From Spongospora subterranea f. sp. subterranea (lineage: Eukaryota), in NCBI GenBank assembly GCA_049724395.1, contig JAUGWO010000087.1:1-51074 (forward strand): DNA of 51,074 bases. Reading direction: 5' to 3'. The notes under the pieces were generated by a model. That model had not been told where the DNA came from, ran no database searches, and saw only the letters and a program-made list of their open reading frames with translations. Both the position numbers and the translations under genes were made by a program. This document shows, piece by piece, positions 1-12,572 of the stretch; the stretch's first letter is position 1, and each line of letters starts with the position of its first letter.

Positions 1-469
1 CATTGTTGTGTGTCCATCACAACCTTCTTTGCCGTTTACACCCGAATAGAGATGATGTAGTTAGAACCTGAATTTTACGGATAGACATTTATCCATCACG
101 ACTCCATAAAGGCCAATCTTCCTTGGTTGAAAAACTGATCGGAAACTCCAGTCACGATCCGTCAATCACAATCCGTGTTCTCACAGACGACTTTAATGTT
201 GTTAATGGTCGATCCATATCCGATATGTAATTCATCACTCTGACCGTTTATTAACAGTCAATGGCGATTATATATTAGATATCAGCAGCTGTGTCACTGT
301 AGATCCTCAATCAACGCTCATCAACTCAACATGACATGATCCACGTGAGTACTGTAATCCCAGAGTGGTGTCGCCCAATAAACAGTCCCTGACGGAGTCC
401 GTGCCGGAGTCCGAGTCCACCACCGGGTGACTGTGAGGTCAAACCGTCTTCATAACGATATTGTATCAA

Positions 470-1322
470 ATGTCGCGCATCGGTGGATCTCTTTTTCTTC
501 TCTCATTATTGCCCATTGCTTACTCTTTTAATGGCCATCGTAATCTTAGTGCTCTCGAACCTCTAATTCCTGATGATTCAAACCCCAGTGTCATGACACG
601 ATAACATCAATGGGATGTCACTGCTATCCTGGCGCAAATCACCAATGATAACGGTCATGATAATGCTCCAACCGCATTGGGAATGCCAAATGTCGCCCAT
701 TAACCTAGAACACCCGGATTGCCTGTGATGGACACTCGCTCTCTCGAATCAATTCCTGAGGATGCCATTGGACATCAATCGCCTGGAGCAAGACACTAAT
801 GATATCAAACATGATAATGCTTCAGCCGCAGCAACATTGTGGAGTTGCTCAAAAAGATCATAGAACTATGAATGAGGATTGGGAGGAGTGGATGAACGAT
901 CGCTTTAGTGAAGGGCGTGTCCCAGTGTGATCAGATTAAGACCAACAACGGCGATCGAATCACATGTATATCGAAATTCTGTCTCGGTGACGATCTTTAT
1001 CAGCTAGGGAATGGTGTGTGCGATCAAGTTGTCAGATTCGCCAATGGGGTCGATGGTGATGGCGTTCTTGGGTCTTCGGACGTCCAGGATTCCGATTAAG
1101 CTGATCATGTTGAGGGCCAGCCACACAAGAGGAATAAATGACCAAGGGATCTCCCGCATTATGGCGTCGCTCTTATGGTATCAAACAAAAGACAGTCTGC
1201 CCATATTCTGGGGCCTCAGCGAGGGAGAGTCGACAGATCAAACCAATGAGTATTCCCTGGATCAAGACCAGTCATTAGAAGTGGCGCTTTTGACCGAAAC
1301 CCGGTTTTTCATCCCATATTGA
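470..1322 (+). pseudogene. Secreted-protein family copy A (frameshifted)
   Basis: ATG at 470 gives MSRIGGSLFLLSLLPIAYS, the same signal peptide type as copies at 5642 and 43324. Downstream family motifs (CDQIKTNN, LYQLGNGVC, MASLLWYQTKDSLPIFW, EYSLDQDQSLEVALLTETRFFIPY) lie in different frames separated by stops and frameshifts. Confidence 0.75.
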
Positions 1323-1845
1323 ATACATCAGGTTTTTGTGATCCTATTCCTCAGTAGTTAAACTCAAAAAACGATTCCAAATCCCGACAGTAATATCCAG
1401 ATCGACAGAGTTTCATCATCGTTCCACTTCAATCGATCATTGAGTCTATCTCCTAACTGGCAATATCTAAGAACCTAACGCCGCTTTGTGTTAGTGTGTC
1501 ACCTGTTATGATATTCCCAACAGATCTCAATGACCATAACTATCTGGGATTGTGCTGTTAATGGTCTTCTCCCGCTATTGACCAACATGAACGTGATAAC
1601 CGTTCTCAACAGTGTTAGAACTACCAACCTCTCACTGGCAATCAAGTTTGAAGCGGCAATGGCGAACAGTCCATGATCGGATCTGGTATATTATAAGGGA
1701 CCTGAAATATTTATTGTTTATATTCCTCGTCACGATTGTCTGAAATAACTTGATTACTAGAGATAATGTGACAAATCAGGATATTTGAAACAACGAAATA
1801 ATGAAACACAACGTGATATCCGATGAATGGGTTTAAGGTGATGAT
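1245..1845 (+). repeat. Conserved 3' flank of the secreted family, near-identical to 6349-6950
   Basis: Direct repeat readable base by base from atgagtattccctggatcaagacc to tttaaggtgatgat. Weaker similarity continues between about 1940-2175 and 7015-7225. Confidence 0.9.
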
Positions 1846-3899
1846 TTTCACCATTTGCTAAGCGACAATTTAGTCAAAGCCATAAGGCGTTCAGATTCAT
1901 TGAATTGTCAAAGTCAAATTGTCAGAAAGACGATTCAGTGATTTTCCCTGGTCCTTGTGGAGAAATACTCACATTGCCATCGCAATGGGTCCCAGAGTGA
2001 TGTCTCAATCGATTGAACATCGGCATCATTGCTCAACATAATTCACAGACTATTGTCAGGGCATCAGATTTCTCGACTATTTGAAAGCAAAGGTCATCGG
2101 CGATATCAAAGTTATTGTGTTTCTTGGTTCAGCTGCTCAAACATTGATCCAAAACGTTTTGTCGAATGGGTCTTCATAATGTGTCTTGAATCCCTAAAGA
2201 CATGATCTGTTTGGGGGAAATGTGCCAGTATTGGTGACAGAGGTGCTGCTCTTTCCAGACGAACGACGTTATTCGACGATTGTATTGGTCAGGTCGAGCA
2301 GCTAATTGAGAGTAACTCTTTAATGCGGTTTCAGGAAGAAGTTCTCGAACCCCGAAAACCATTGATCGACATTTACAGACGGAGGAATATTGGTGGATAT
2401 CGTCGTCGTTGTCGCCGAGTGAACTGCAGTGCCTTGTGGGTTAATCACATTAACAAGGAATTAAAGTTCGGTCGCATTTAATACACACTTGTCCATATTG
2501 ACCAATAAACCTCTCTACCCAACTTAATGTATTCTCTAAACGAAAACCAACAATCCTTTGAAATCGTATCACGAACGACACAAGGGATATGTTTTCAGCC
2601 GCGAATCCCCAACCTTTGTCATCGGAGGATTTGTGGAGAAATTTCGCCACAAGACGGTGCGCTATTTGACGCTAATGCACAAATGTTAATGGGGTAAAGG
2701 ATCAAAGGAATCACCGATTCCAGGCTATTATATGTCCATAATCGATCAATGATATACCACCAGCTATTAGTCAATTTAATATTCATACCAATCAACATAT
2801 ATCAGCCCCTGGTAAACAAGAGGAGAACTTGTGATTTCGTAATCATTGCTGCAAATTGTTGTGTAGAGGCCCAACGTATTGTGCCAATGATGACGAACTA
2901 TGCAGTGCAATAGCTGTGCATCATGATAAAGCGCTTGAAATTTTCCATCTCGTGGACAGCGCAATTGCTAAGGAAACATGTTTTCGAATCGGATACCTTT
3001 TGTGATGGTCAAAACACGCAATCATATGATGATTTTAATCGCCATTTGACGAACCCAATTATGAATTAACAGTGACAGATTGGAAGTTCTTGGATTTCCA
3101 TCTCGTGGTAACGAAATGGAGAGAAAACATGTTTGTGATAATACCGAACTTTCTCTTGAGGTACGTCAGGGCATGTACTGGTTACCGGTCTCGTTCAAAC
3201 ACCGACTAGACCGTCAACCAGTTGGAAAGAACAGCTAATTTCGAAAAAATCGAGCGATTTTAATCAAGGTCTCAACAGCACTGCTGGCAGTACACAGGAC
3301 ATTCCCCTTCCTCAAAACAGTCTTGATCTAAACGGCTCACGTGTTGGGTCTTCACCATCAAATCCTTTTCAGAAACCCAGAAGTTCGGTTTGACCTAATC
3401 CGAAAAAATGAGGTCCTGTCCACATAATTTGTGGTGAAGATTGCGATGGGATTAGAAGCGACAAGAACATAATCCTCAATAGCAAAATTATTAGGACTAA
3501 ACGATCTGTTGGCGGTCGAGACTTACGTCGCTGGGATCGTAATGTAGATAACTTAGCGGCTGAGTCTCGATGAGTGGTATCAAAGGGATTCGCAGATTGT
3601 GAGGAGATTTCCTGAATTTCAATATCCGTTTTAGGAACATGGATAACGTATCCGAAGAACTAATAAAGATTGCAGATGGGAGAGAGGATGGTTGTGAACC
3701 TGTTAAAATAGCAATTAGAGAGTACAGCTAACTCGTGGACGGAATCGGTTCAACTCATATTGACCAGAGGCAAAATATCCGGCCAATCGTCGAATCAAAG
3801 TCTGAATTCAGCGACGTATGACATGTAAGAAATGACGATTCATTATTTCTGCTGATCCATTCGTTTTCAAGGAGAATAAGTGGAGACAAAATGGTGTCG

Positions 3900-4228
3900 A
3901 TTGCCCCTTGTGTAAGCTCACTGAGCGATTTGGAGGGAACCAGGGGGCAATAGCAGGTCCTTGACGTCATGGTTCAAATGACGACCGATTTTGGTGATTT
4001 AAATCGTCAGCAGAACTGCAGCCAAGCGTCTACCGTTGCTCTCGAGCAGGGAGGAACGACAGTAGCTGCATACGCCACCGAACTTCAGAGCATCCTGACC
4101 GACGCCAATTTAATGATGACGCTGCGGCTCGAGATGTATTGCGTCGAGGTTTGAAATGATGAAGTCAAGGACCTGCTATTGTCCCTGGTTCCCTCCAAGT
4201 CCCTCTGTGAGCTTATACAAGGGGCAAT
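3900..4228. repeat. Local inverted duplication (foldback) of Gypsy gag sequence
   Basis: 3900-3978 (attgccccttgtgtaagctcac...caggtccttgacgtcatggttcaaa) is the diverged reverse complement of 4150-4228. Confidence 0.85.
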
Positions 4229-4830
4229 CTCCTGTGATAATCGACTGGAGGAGCAACGTCGTGAACGTCGTGTTCAGACCGCTGCACCAGCCTCCTTAAA
4301 ATTCGCAACCTAATGATGATCCGATGACAATTGAAACGTCGCGATCTGTCGGCACTCGTGGCCCATTGTCGCAAGCCGAAAGACAGAGGCGGTTTTGACA
4401 ACAGGCTTTGTCTCTATTGTGGAGATGGAGCACATATTGCGAATGCGTCTCCTATTCTTGCCAAACGGCAGGGGAAACCGCTCCCGGCGGGACTGAATAT
4501 GTCGGTCGTCACGCCAAAACCGAGCAATACAGAATCTGGTGCTCATCTAAAATCCTACTCCTGCAACATCATGACCATATGGAAATCTACAATTTTGACC
4601 ATAGTATTACCTCCTATCAGTTAACGAATTCATCGCGCTTGTAATAACTTCATTCATTGCGATACCGCAGATCGGCTGAACCTAGAACTTGTCAAAAAGA
4701 CCAGGGCAGTATCACTGCAAGTTATCGACGGGCGTCTCCTTTCATCAGTAGAACACGAAAACAGTCGTGCTGAACGTCGCTATCGCCGGACACGAAGAAT
4801 GGATCTCCTTCATGCGAAGGTTATCCTAGG
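3990..4830 (+). mobile_element. Degenerate Ty3/Gypsy gag-protease remnant
   Basis: Retrotransposon gag-like LEQGGTTVAAYATELQ and VKDLLLSLVPSKSL..LIQGAISCDNRLEEQRRERR, zinc-knuckle remnant CLYCGDGAH, and protease-region LQVIDGR; frameshifted. Confidence 0.7.
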
Positions 4831-5641
4831 TAATTGTCAATCGCCGTCAATCTATGGCCGGATTGACCAGATCTCCATTCCCACCCTAACACGGTCGGGT
4901 AAATCGAATCGTGAAATGACATCAAGGGGTGGTCGAACTGGATATCTGTCAGACCCAACTCAATCGTCCCGTTAATGATCTTGGTCACACAATGGTGTGA
5001 ACCTGGCCACATTCTCAATTCCCGAAACGACTTATCGATGAGAGTGAGGTCCCCTGACATCCCACGAATGAGGCCAGGGCCATCTACTCGCCGGGCAGAA
5101 TAGCTCATCGAACTGGCGATTGGAGAGAACTGTGGATGATATCGCGATGTTGGATAACTTCCTGTTCGGCAATAATAGTTCCCCAACAAGGGCTAGAATC
5201 AACAATGGTGACAGGATTCAATCTTGAGAAAGGGCATCGGAGACCGTCCATTATCACATCTTGTATTTCCAATTAACCCAGGTGAACTAGATATACCGAG
5301 GTTCGTTTATAAGTTGTCAGGGGCTAACAGTTGGGGCAATCATTTGATTCAGCGGGACATGGTATTATTCTGTTTGAAAACGCCAACTCGGGGAGAGCAA
5401 TGTTGAGGGTTTCGGTCGAGGGTTTCGGCACTCTGTTTACTGTGATTTTACTCATCTTTTGCTGCAGTGAATCTATATATATAACATGGTCAGACTGGTG
5501 TTTGACTGTTCCTCAAATATATCACAATGGTCCTAGAAGCACTTGATACAGTCCCAGATTTGTCCAATGCGCCGTGTCCGACAACGGGACCGGTCAAAAC
5601 ACCTTCATAACGATATCAATATCAATAGCAATCAGTATCAA
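4830..5641 (+). promoter_or_regulatory. Upstream/promoter module of the secreted family, with TATA-like box at about 5474-5484
   Basis: Homologous to 50420-51004, and in part to 44600-44750 and 38244-38558. TATATATATAA lies about 165 nt before the ATG, followed by conserved catggtcagactggtgtttgactgttcctcaaatatatcacaa. Confidence 0.7.
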
Positions 5642-6070
5642 ATGTCGCTCATCGGTGGATCTCTTCTTCTTCTCTCATTATTGTGCTTTGCTGGCTCTGT
5701 TGATTCCAGTGGGCTGCCCTTGAAGAAGTTGTTTCTTGATTTTGGGCAAGAGTGTTTCATAATTCAGGGCGGCAAAGCAGAACAGATATCAATAGATTCG
5801 TTGAAAATGTCTTTTGGAAATTCTTATGAGGCAGGGAGGCAATTGTTCAAAGAGGTTGCCAAAGTGGGCGATGGTCATGACGTTTTGGCTCCAGGCGAAG
5901 TCAAGAAACGGATCAAGGATTTCATGTTGACTCTCAGCGGCAATCATTTCCCACAAGAGGGGGGGATGCCCCGCTATATGGCGTGGCTCTTCTACTATCG
6001 AACAAAAGACAGACTGCCCAAATTCTGGACCACAGCGAGGGGCAGTCGTCGGGATAAAACCAATGAGTAA
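5642..6070 (+). CDS. Secreted-protein family copy B, intact, 142 aa, candidate effector
   Basis: Signal peptide MSLIGGSLLLLSLLCFAGSVDS; intronless ORF; family motifs IKDFMLT and MAWLFYYRTKDRLPKFW. Confidence 0.75.
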   Translation: MSLIGGSLLLLSLLCFAGSVDSSGLPLKKLFLDFGQECFIIQGGKAEQISIDSLKMSFGNSYEAGRQLFKEVAKVGDGHDVLAPGEVKKRIKDFMLTLSGNHFPQEGGMPRYMAWLFYYRTKDRLPKFWTTARGSRRDKTNE

Positions 6071-6214
6071 TCCCTGGATCAAGACCAGTCACCAGAAGTG
6101 GCGCTTTGACCGAAACCCGGTTTAATTCATCCCATATTGAATACATCAAGTTTTAGTGATCCAATTCCTCAGTAGTTGAAGTAAAAAAACGATTCCAAAT
6201 CCCAACAGAAGAGC

Positions 6215-6425
6215 GGAGAGAACAGTGAGAAGAGGTTTCGATGAAGAACAGATCTCCCGCGCTATGGCGTCGCTCTTCTACCATCAAACACATGACAGTC
6301 TGCCCATATTTTGGGACAGCAGCGGGGGCAGTCGTCGGGATCATATCGATGAGTATTCCCTGGATCAAGACCAGTCATTAGAAGTGGGGCTTTTGACCGA
6401 AACCCGGTTTTTCATCCCATATTGA
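6215..6425 (+). pseudogene. Secreted-protein family copy C, 3' fragment only
   Basis: FDEEQISRAMASLFYHQTHDSLPIFW...EYSLDQDQSLEVGLLTETRFFIPY with no 5' part; joined directly after the truncated 3' flank of copy B. Confidence 0.75.
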
Positions 6426-6950
6426 ATACATCAAGTTTTTATGATCCAATTCCTCAGTAGTTGAACTCAAAAAACGATTCCAAATCCCAACAGTAATATC
6501 CAGATCGACAGAGTTTCATCATCGTTCCACTTCAATCGATCATTCAGTCTATCTCCTAACTGGCAATATCTAAGAACCTAACGCCGCTTTGTGTTAGTGT
6601 GTCACCTGTTATGATATTCCCAACAGATCTCAATGACCATAAACTATCTGGGATTGTGCTGTTAATGGTCTTCTCCCGCTATTGACCAACATGAACGTGA
6701 TAACCGTTCTCAACAGTGTTAGAACTACCAACCTCTCACTGGCAATCAAGTCTAAAGCGGCAATGGCGAACAGTCCATGATCGGATCTGGTATATTATAA
6801 GGGACCTGAAATATTTATTGTTTGAATTCCTCGTCACGATTGTCTGATATAACTTGATTACTAGAGATAATGTGACAAATCAGGATATTTGAAACAAAAG
6901 AAATAATGAGACACAACGTGATATCCGATGAATGGGTTTAAGGTGATGAT
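6349..6950 (+). repeat. Conserved 3' flank of the secreted family, copy of 1245-1845
   Basis: Near-identical direct repeat of 1245-1845. Confidence 0.9.
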
Positions 6951-8305
6951 ATTCCCTTTGTGCAATAGTGAAGCGCTGAAAGATATTGTCTGTAGAGATT
7001 CGTTCGACGTTTTTTAATTTCCCTGGTCACTGTGGAGAAATACTCACATTCCCATCGTATTTTGGTCCCAGACAAATTACTTCGATTGCACATCGGCATC
7101 ATTGCTCAACTTTGGTATCTCAGGGCATCAGATTTCCGAGCGAACAAGGATGGCGATATCAAATTTGTTTTCTTGGTTCAGCTGCTCAAACATTGATCCA
7201 CAGTTTTGTCGAGATGGGTCTTCAAAAATGTGTGAGTTTACCAGGAAACGTCGTTCCTCAACACTTTGGCTAAGCGATACTTGGGTCAAATCATCAAAGG
7301 CAGAGGACGTTATTCAAGATGGCGTTCGTTTCATGAAAACCAAACAAAATGTGGTTTTACAATTATGTTATTGTCCTTAGTCTGAAAGACGATATTATTA
7401 TTATTGTTGAACGTGTTCCTTGATCTTCAGCAGACCATTAGATTGTCGTATCTTCAGATCTAGATTGGTCAACCGATTTGGCATCGTATAGCGTCACCTG
7501 TCTCATCAACTCAATCATTTCGAGCATCGTGTTCTTGATGGATTTTGCCCTCATTTACACATAATTGACAGACAATCGTGTGATCGAATCAGAAGGTTTG
7601 TCAACTTGTGAAAATTGCAAATACTGTCGTCATCGAACCAAAAGCAATAGCGAGTTATTCCGTGTCGACCGAACCGGATTGAGGTTCTGAGCGTGATTGA
7701 CGAATTGAAACGGGAACAACCTCTTCTCAACTGCCTCTGAGTCGCATTCAGAACATCACAGGATCCATTTCCAGCCGAACCGGAATTTGGCGTGATATAT
7801 GAAGACAACGCAAAGCGATTACGACTCATTGATGGGCGATAGGACACTGATAAAACCAGACTCGTCATTTGAGCAACATCAAATAGGGAAACTGTGCCAG
7901 AAAGGCTGTTCGCCGAGCGTATGCCCTGGAGGGATCCGGCAATGGGCACCATCGATATGGGTTTGGCGAACACAGGATGGAGAACCTTTGGTGCCAGACG
8001 ATGTGCGATATTGAGGGAATAACCCACCACTCATGGGCGGTATTTGCCCATCGTCATTCACACATGAAACTGTTCAATCGAAAAATGCCCCCAACACACA
8101 CCCTCTAGCTGAACGTGTCAGATTGTCAACATCCTTTGATTGGAAACCACCGCTGGCGGGAACGACTATCGCACCACAAAATCAACACGAACACAAGAAT
8201 CAATGACGACAGTCAACTGAGAGATTCGAAGGGTTATCGATTGCGATGGCATTTGGCGGCGAAAAACACGTCCGTGAAACGATTGAATATTAATTGGTGA
8301 TCGTT

Positions 8306-10049
8306 TTATGTGGATTCCTGATTCCAATGGTGGTACAGATCCAACGCGACCTCACAGCTCTGCTTGACGATCAGGTCGGAGTCCAGGGCGAACTCGTTCA
8401 GGACGCTCAACGACTCCTGATCGGCGATGGCGCCCAACGCCTCAGCCGCCTGAATCACATCATCAACACCCCCGGAAACACACAATTCAATCGACCGATG
8501 ACCAACTTCATGGCGAACCATTTCGTGCTCGGATTTGTCCTGACAGCACACAGTGAACAACAGGGAAAATTGGAGAGAACGGAGGTGGGGCGAACCTTGA
8601 GGACGGCGACGAGGGCGTCACGAGAGATGGGATCCTGTAGCTGGCCTAGCACATAGGCGATCTCGTGACGGAATAGGGCGCTGGAACGATCACTGAACGC
8701 CGCACAGAGCGCTACACCGATCACAACACCATAGTGTCAGACGACGGAAATGACAACCGAACACAGGATTGTGTGGTGAAAACTGGGATCGATTGTCGAA
8801 AACAGAGGAATCGTTCAACAAAAACTGAAGACCAGTACGACACGTGTTTGTAGAAAAAACAAGCCCAAGAACCAGGACGATCCGGAAAAGAAAACGAGCA
8901 TTGTCGACGAGACAAACTAGCGAAGAATGAATTATCATGGACAAGCGTGAACCAGAGAACAGAATAAGACCCAAAACGTCGAGAATCAATGATGAAGAAA
9001 GTACAAAGAAAAAAAAACGAGATTTCGATGAAACAGACAGTAGAACCGTTTACACAAAAAAATGGGAATCTGGCGAAACTGTCGACGAAGCTGAAATAAC
9101 GACAGATTGACTGACCTTCGACGGCGGACGGGGATCCATTGTCCCTTAACGCGAACATGGCCTTATATCTCACCGACAACGGCAGCTGCTCGTTGGATAG
9201 GTCGGCGCCCCAGACGGCGATTTGCAGCTCGGGGCGATCGACGGCGTGGGCCGGGACCGGGGCCGGCAACGCAGGATCCACAGAATCGAACCGGCCGCAG
9301 CCACCACGATTCGTCTGCTGTTGTTGCCGGTCCTCGATCAGGGCGATCGCGATCTGGCACGTTTCCGCAACCTGGAACCGCACGTTCGTTGTCAATAAGA
9401 CCCATTTTGCTGATCGAGAATGCGATCGCGAAACAAACTGAGCGTTATCGAAAAATGAACAGATAATTGCAAACTTAAAACGATCACGTCATTGGTTGCA
9501 CTTTCCGCGAATTTTCGGAAAACGGATGAACTATTTGTACCTCAATGTGGCGATCGTTGACGAACTTGCGAAGATAGTCGACGTCGTCGGAGAGGCCGAT
9601 CGCCCCAATTGCTTCGGCCGCCTCGTGGCGCACGACCGGGTCCAGTGTAGGATTGGCCAACGCCAACCTCAATGCTGGTAAAGCGTATGGGTCCTTCAAC
9701 TGCCCTGGCGACCGCAGATGTTCAATACCGATTATGGGTTCAACGATGGTTTGCGAAACATTGTCGACGAAGACGATGGAGGTATTAGCACCTACCTAGA
9801 ACATAGCAACATTCGTGGGCTAGCAGGACCGATGGATCGCTAATTCCTGTTCCAAAAAAAAACACGGCGCGTCACTTTTCATGAAACAGCGATGGGAATC
9901 AACAACCGTCAACGACCTCGGCAAAGATAATCGATAGCCGATGGGGACGATTCCTGCTTCAACAGGAACACCGCCCTCATCCGTTGGGCGATCGGCACGG
10001 CGTCGTTGCCGAGGATATCGCCTTCCCGCGCTAGATCGACTTTCGCCAT
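8306..10049 (-). CDS. DOHH: Deoxyhypusine hydroxylase (HEAT-repeat metalloenzyme), multi-exon
   Basis: Spliced model [31 protein letters not shown]...[14 protein letters not shown]...[11 protein letters not shown]...VAETCQIA...DSVDPA...[10 protein letters not shown]...[16 protein letters not shown]...[17 protein letters not shown]...[10 protein letters not shown]. All four HE motifs are present; introns are GT-AG. Confidence 0.95.
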
Positions 10050-10324
10050 GGCACTGGACTGGGGGATGATGATGACGCTCCGGTCGCTGGGTCGACTTCA
10101 ACTTCCCTGGGAGGCTCGGAATCCGCCACGGGGTCCGAATTATTGCCGCCAGTCTGTCGGTCGGTAGAGTCCGATCACCCCGAATGGCACATCTCATGTG
10201 GCGATATTGTTTCCCTATTGAACTGGTTCTGACTTGAACAGCACTTGCAATCGCCTGTGAAATCCCCTCCCAGAACCGTCGCTTTTGCAGTTTTTTTGTA
10301 TTTTTTTCCTGTCGTTTTCCTGCC

Positions 10325-10699
10325 ATGACGCGATCGTTATGGGGACAGCGCTGCACCCTCATCACCCCAGCCTTCGTGATCCCTTCACCTGCTCGGGAGA
10401 AAGACCACCACAATGTTCACGTTGTCGCACGTCCAACGTTGGCTCTGCTGTCGCCAACCGACGACCGCAATTGGCTGTCACGGGAATCCGAGATTGCCGC
10501 CGTCGGTGCTGTTATGCTCCTTGTTGGGCTCCAGTTCCTGCATTGGATTGTGGAGACTGTTTTCCCAGCACGATCAGGATTGGAGCGATGCGTCACACGT
10601 CAGATTGTCGTTCCCAGAACCGACGTTGAGACGACGACGAACGCTTTTCTTTCATTGAAAAACAGAATTTGGGGTTTCCGGAACACAATGGGGAAGTAG
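10325..10699 (+). CDS. Hypothetical protein with one hydrophobic segment, divergent from DOHH
   Basis: 124-codon ATG ORF in the gene-dense block with a TM-like segment IAAVGAVMLLVGLQFLHWIV; no recognised domain. Confidence 0.3.
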   Translation: MTRSLWGQRCTLITPAFVIPSPAREKDHHNVHVVARPTLALLSPTDDRNWLSRESEIAAVGAVMLLVGLQFLHWIVETVFPARSGLERCVTRQIVVPRTDVETTTNAFLSLKNRIWGFRNTMGK

Positions 10700-11862
10700 T
10701 TCGTGGGCCAGATCTGCCACCCCCCACCCCCCTTCAACCTAACGAGGTACCAAGAACAGCTAACAGATGGGACCGTCAATAGCTGAAGAACACGTGTATG
10801 AAAGCGTGTTTTAGCCGTTTTCGGCCACCCTGAGAAATCACCAACCGCCTTTTTCACAACCAGAATCACAGTCGACACAATTTCGAGCCCGATCCTATTC
10901 GCTTCTAAGCATGTTTTATTTTGACCACACGGATGGCGACAACACCCGGCTCTGAAAACTGAATAAACTCGGGAACAGATCCCCAAAAATCCGATTCGGA
11001 ACTATCGTTGGTGTTCGACATTGTTCATGTTGTCGTCGGTAATGGCGTCTGTTGCCGGCGGCAAGTGATTGTCACCGCCGGTTGAGTAGTTGGCACTATA
11101 TGGACGGTCTAATCTGGGAAAATCCTGACTCATGTGCGATCCCCTTCGGCCGGAAATTGGCCCCCAATTCGATGACAAAAACTGGATGATGAAGCAACAA
11201 CGGGGGGCGTCTCCCACTCGTGAATCCATCGATGGGGGACGGGTGGGTGGGTGTTGCGCCCCATGGAAGGAGCTCGCGTTCACTTGTTGTTTTCGGTCGG
11301 CGATCAGAATCTGGATCCGCACACGCACGACACGAGCGCCATGGGCAGATGTTGCAGAATTCGCTTCAGCTGGCGCTACGACAATTGATGATCTGATTCA
11401 CACACACACGAAACTGTCGATGTTGCCAACCCCGTCAAATGAGGGATCGAAACCACCCAGGAAGGGACATTATAGTCAGATGATGGTAATGAAGACGCGA
11501 ATTTCAGCTAAATTCCGTTTGACAGGGGGAAATTCACTTTTCACCGACAGTCTTCGTTGAAAAATAAAACAATGGATATGAACTGTTCCCCAATTTCCAA
11601 TTGGATCAACTCGATATCGTTGGAGTCCTGATCCAATAGGTTCCATGTCCAACTTGTTGTTGTGCTTTGGCATTGGGGCGAAAACGGCCGACGACGCCGC
11701 CGCTCAGGACGTTGTCGCCAAAACCAATCAGCACCTGAACCGCCACATTTCTGCCCAACTGTCGAAGAGCAAATCCTGACGACTCCCCGTGAACTTTCCT
11801 GAAAACATTTCCGGAGTTGGCCAGTCCGTGCGGAGGGCGAGCGCCACCCCACAGCGCCAAGA

Positions 11863-12498
11863 ATGAGCTGCGTTGGGCAATGGGACCCGGATCAGGGCCT
11901 GGTCCGGCTAGCGCAAGGGCGCGGTCCACACGTCCAGGTCATGGGATTGACGATCGGCGGCAATCGGTATCTTTACCCAGAGGAGGCGCTGTTCCTGGTC
12001 AACAGGGCCGCCCTGTCCATCGCCGACGTCCCCCGCGATCTCAGCTCGTCGCGATCGTTGACGTATCTGGCTCTGGAGACCTATTCCACGCTCCGCGCCC
12101 AGGGCTACATCCTCCAGCGAACGCGCCACTACGCGCGCCAGACCCAGATCCGGCGCTACAAAGCGCTCGCGTCGGCCTACTACCAGTCGATCCGCGATGG
12201 CGCCACCCCGGCACGCGCCCCTCCGCCACCTCCGCCCCTGGACATCCAGACCGACTCGCCGCTGCATTTTCACGTCTGGAATCCGGATCGCCGAGCCTCG
12301 TTCAAGACCACCGACCCACCGCGCCCGGATTTCACAGTGATTCCCGTGTCGGCGTCGGACCCGGTTCCGGATCAGGAACGGATGGCGCAATACAGGGCGC
12401 GATATGACGGTCTGGCGCCCGTTCGCGTCGCCGTTGTTGAACTGGGCGCGGTGCATTTTTTCGATTTCGACGATGGCGACATTCCGGTCGCCTTTTAA
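11863..12498 (+). CDS. TSEN54: tRNA-splicing endonuclease subunit Sen54-like; 5' end may extend upstream
   Basis: Sen54 N-terminal signature W.P..GLVRLAQGRGPHVQVMG.TIGGNRYLYPEEALFLVNRAAL, then TYSTLRAQGYIL and FHVWNP...FKTTDPPRPDF. Confidence 0.85.
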   Translation: MSCVGQWDPDQGLVRLAQGRGPHVQVMGLTIGGNRYLYPEEALFLVNRAALSIADVPRDLSSSRSLTYLALETYSTLRAQGYILQRTRHYARQTQIRRYKALASAYYQSIRDGATPARAPPPPPPLDIQTDSPLHFHVWNPDRRASFKTTDPPRPDFTVIPVSASDPVPDQERMAQYRARYDGLAPVRVAVVELGAVHFFDFDDGDIPVAF

Positions 12499-12572
12499 AC
12501 AATATCAGGGAGAAGATGTTTATTTCAGTGGCTGAGATAGATTTACAATGGACAGAACTGTGGCCGGGAACA

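Noticed and set aside
1..300. Minus-strand LLINGQSDELHIGYGSTINNI resembling a retroviral-type protease motif
   Set aside because: The catalytic Asp is absent and there is no supporting context; too degenerate to call.
2170..3750. Possible further gag/zinc-knuckle debris and a short direct repeat (about 2941 and 3095)
   Set aside because: Only vague motifs with many stops; not assignable.
7300..8250. ORFs 7551-8030 (-) and 7799-8014 (+)
   Set aside because: No recognisable motif or convincing splice model.
11420..11790. Possible small two-exon gene or upstream Sen54 exons
   Set aside because: Splice phases give ambiguous, non-conserved peptides.
11817..12456. Long alternative-frame and antisense ORFs over Sen54 (similar ones overlie DOHH)
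   Set aside because: Shadow ORFs expected in GC-rich coding DNA.
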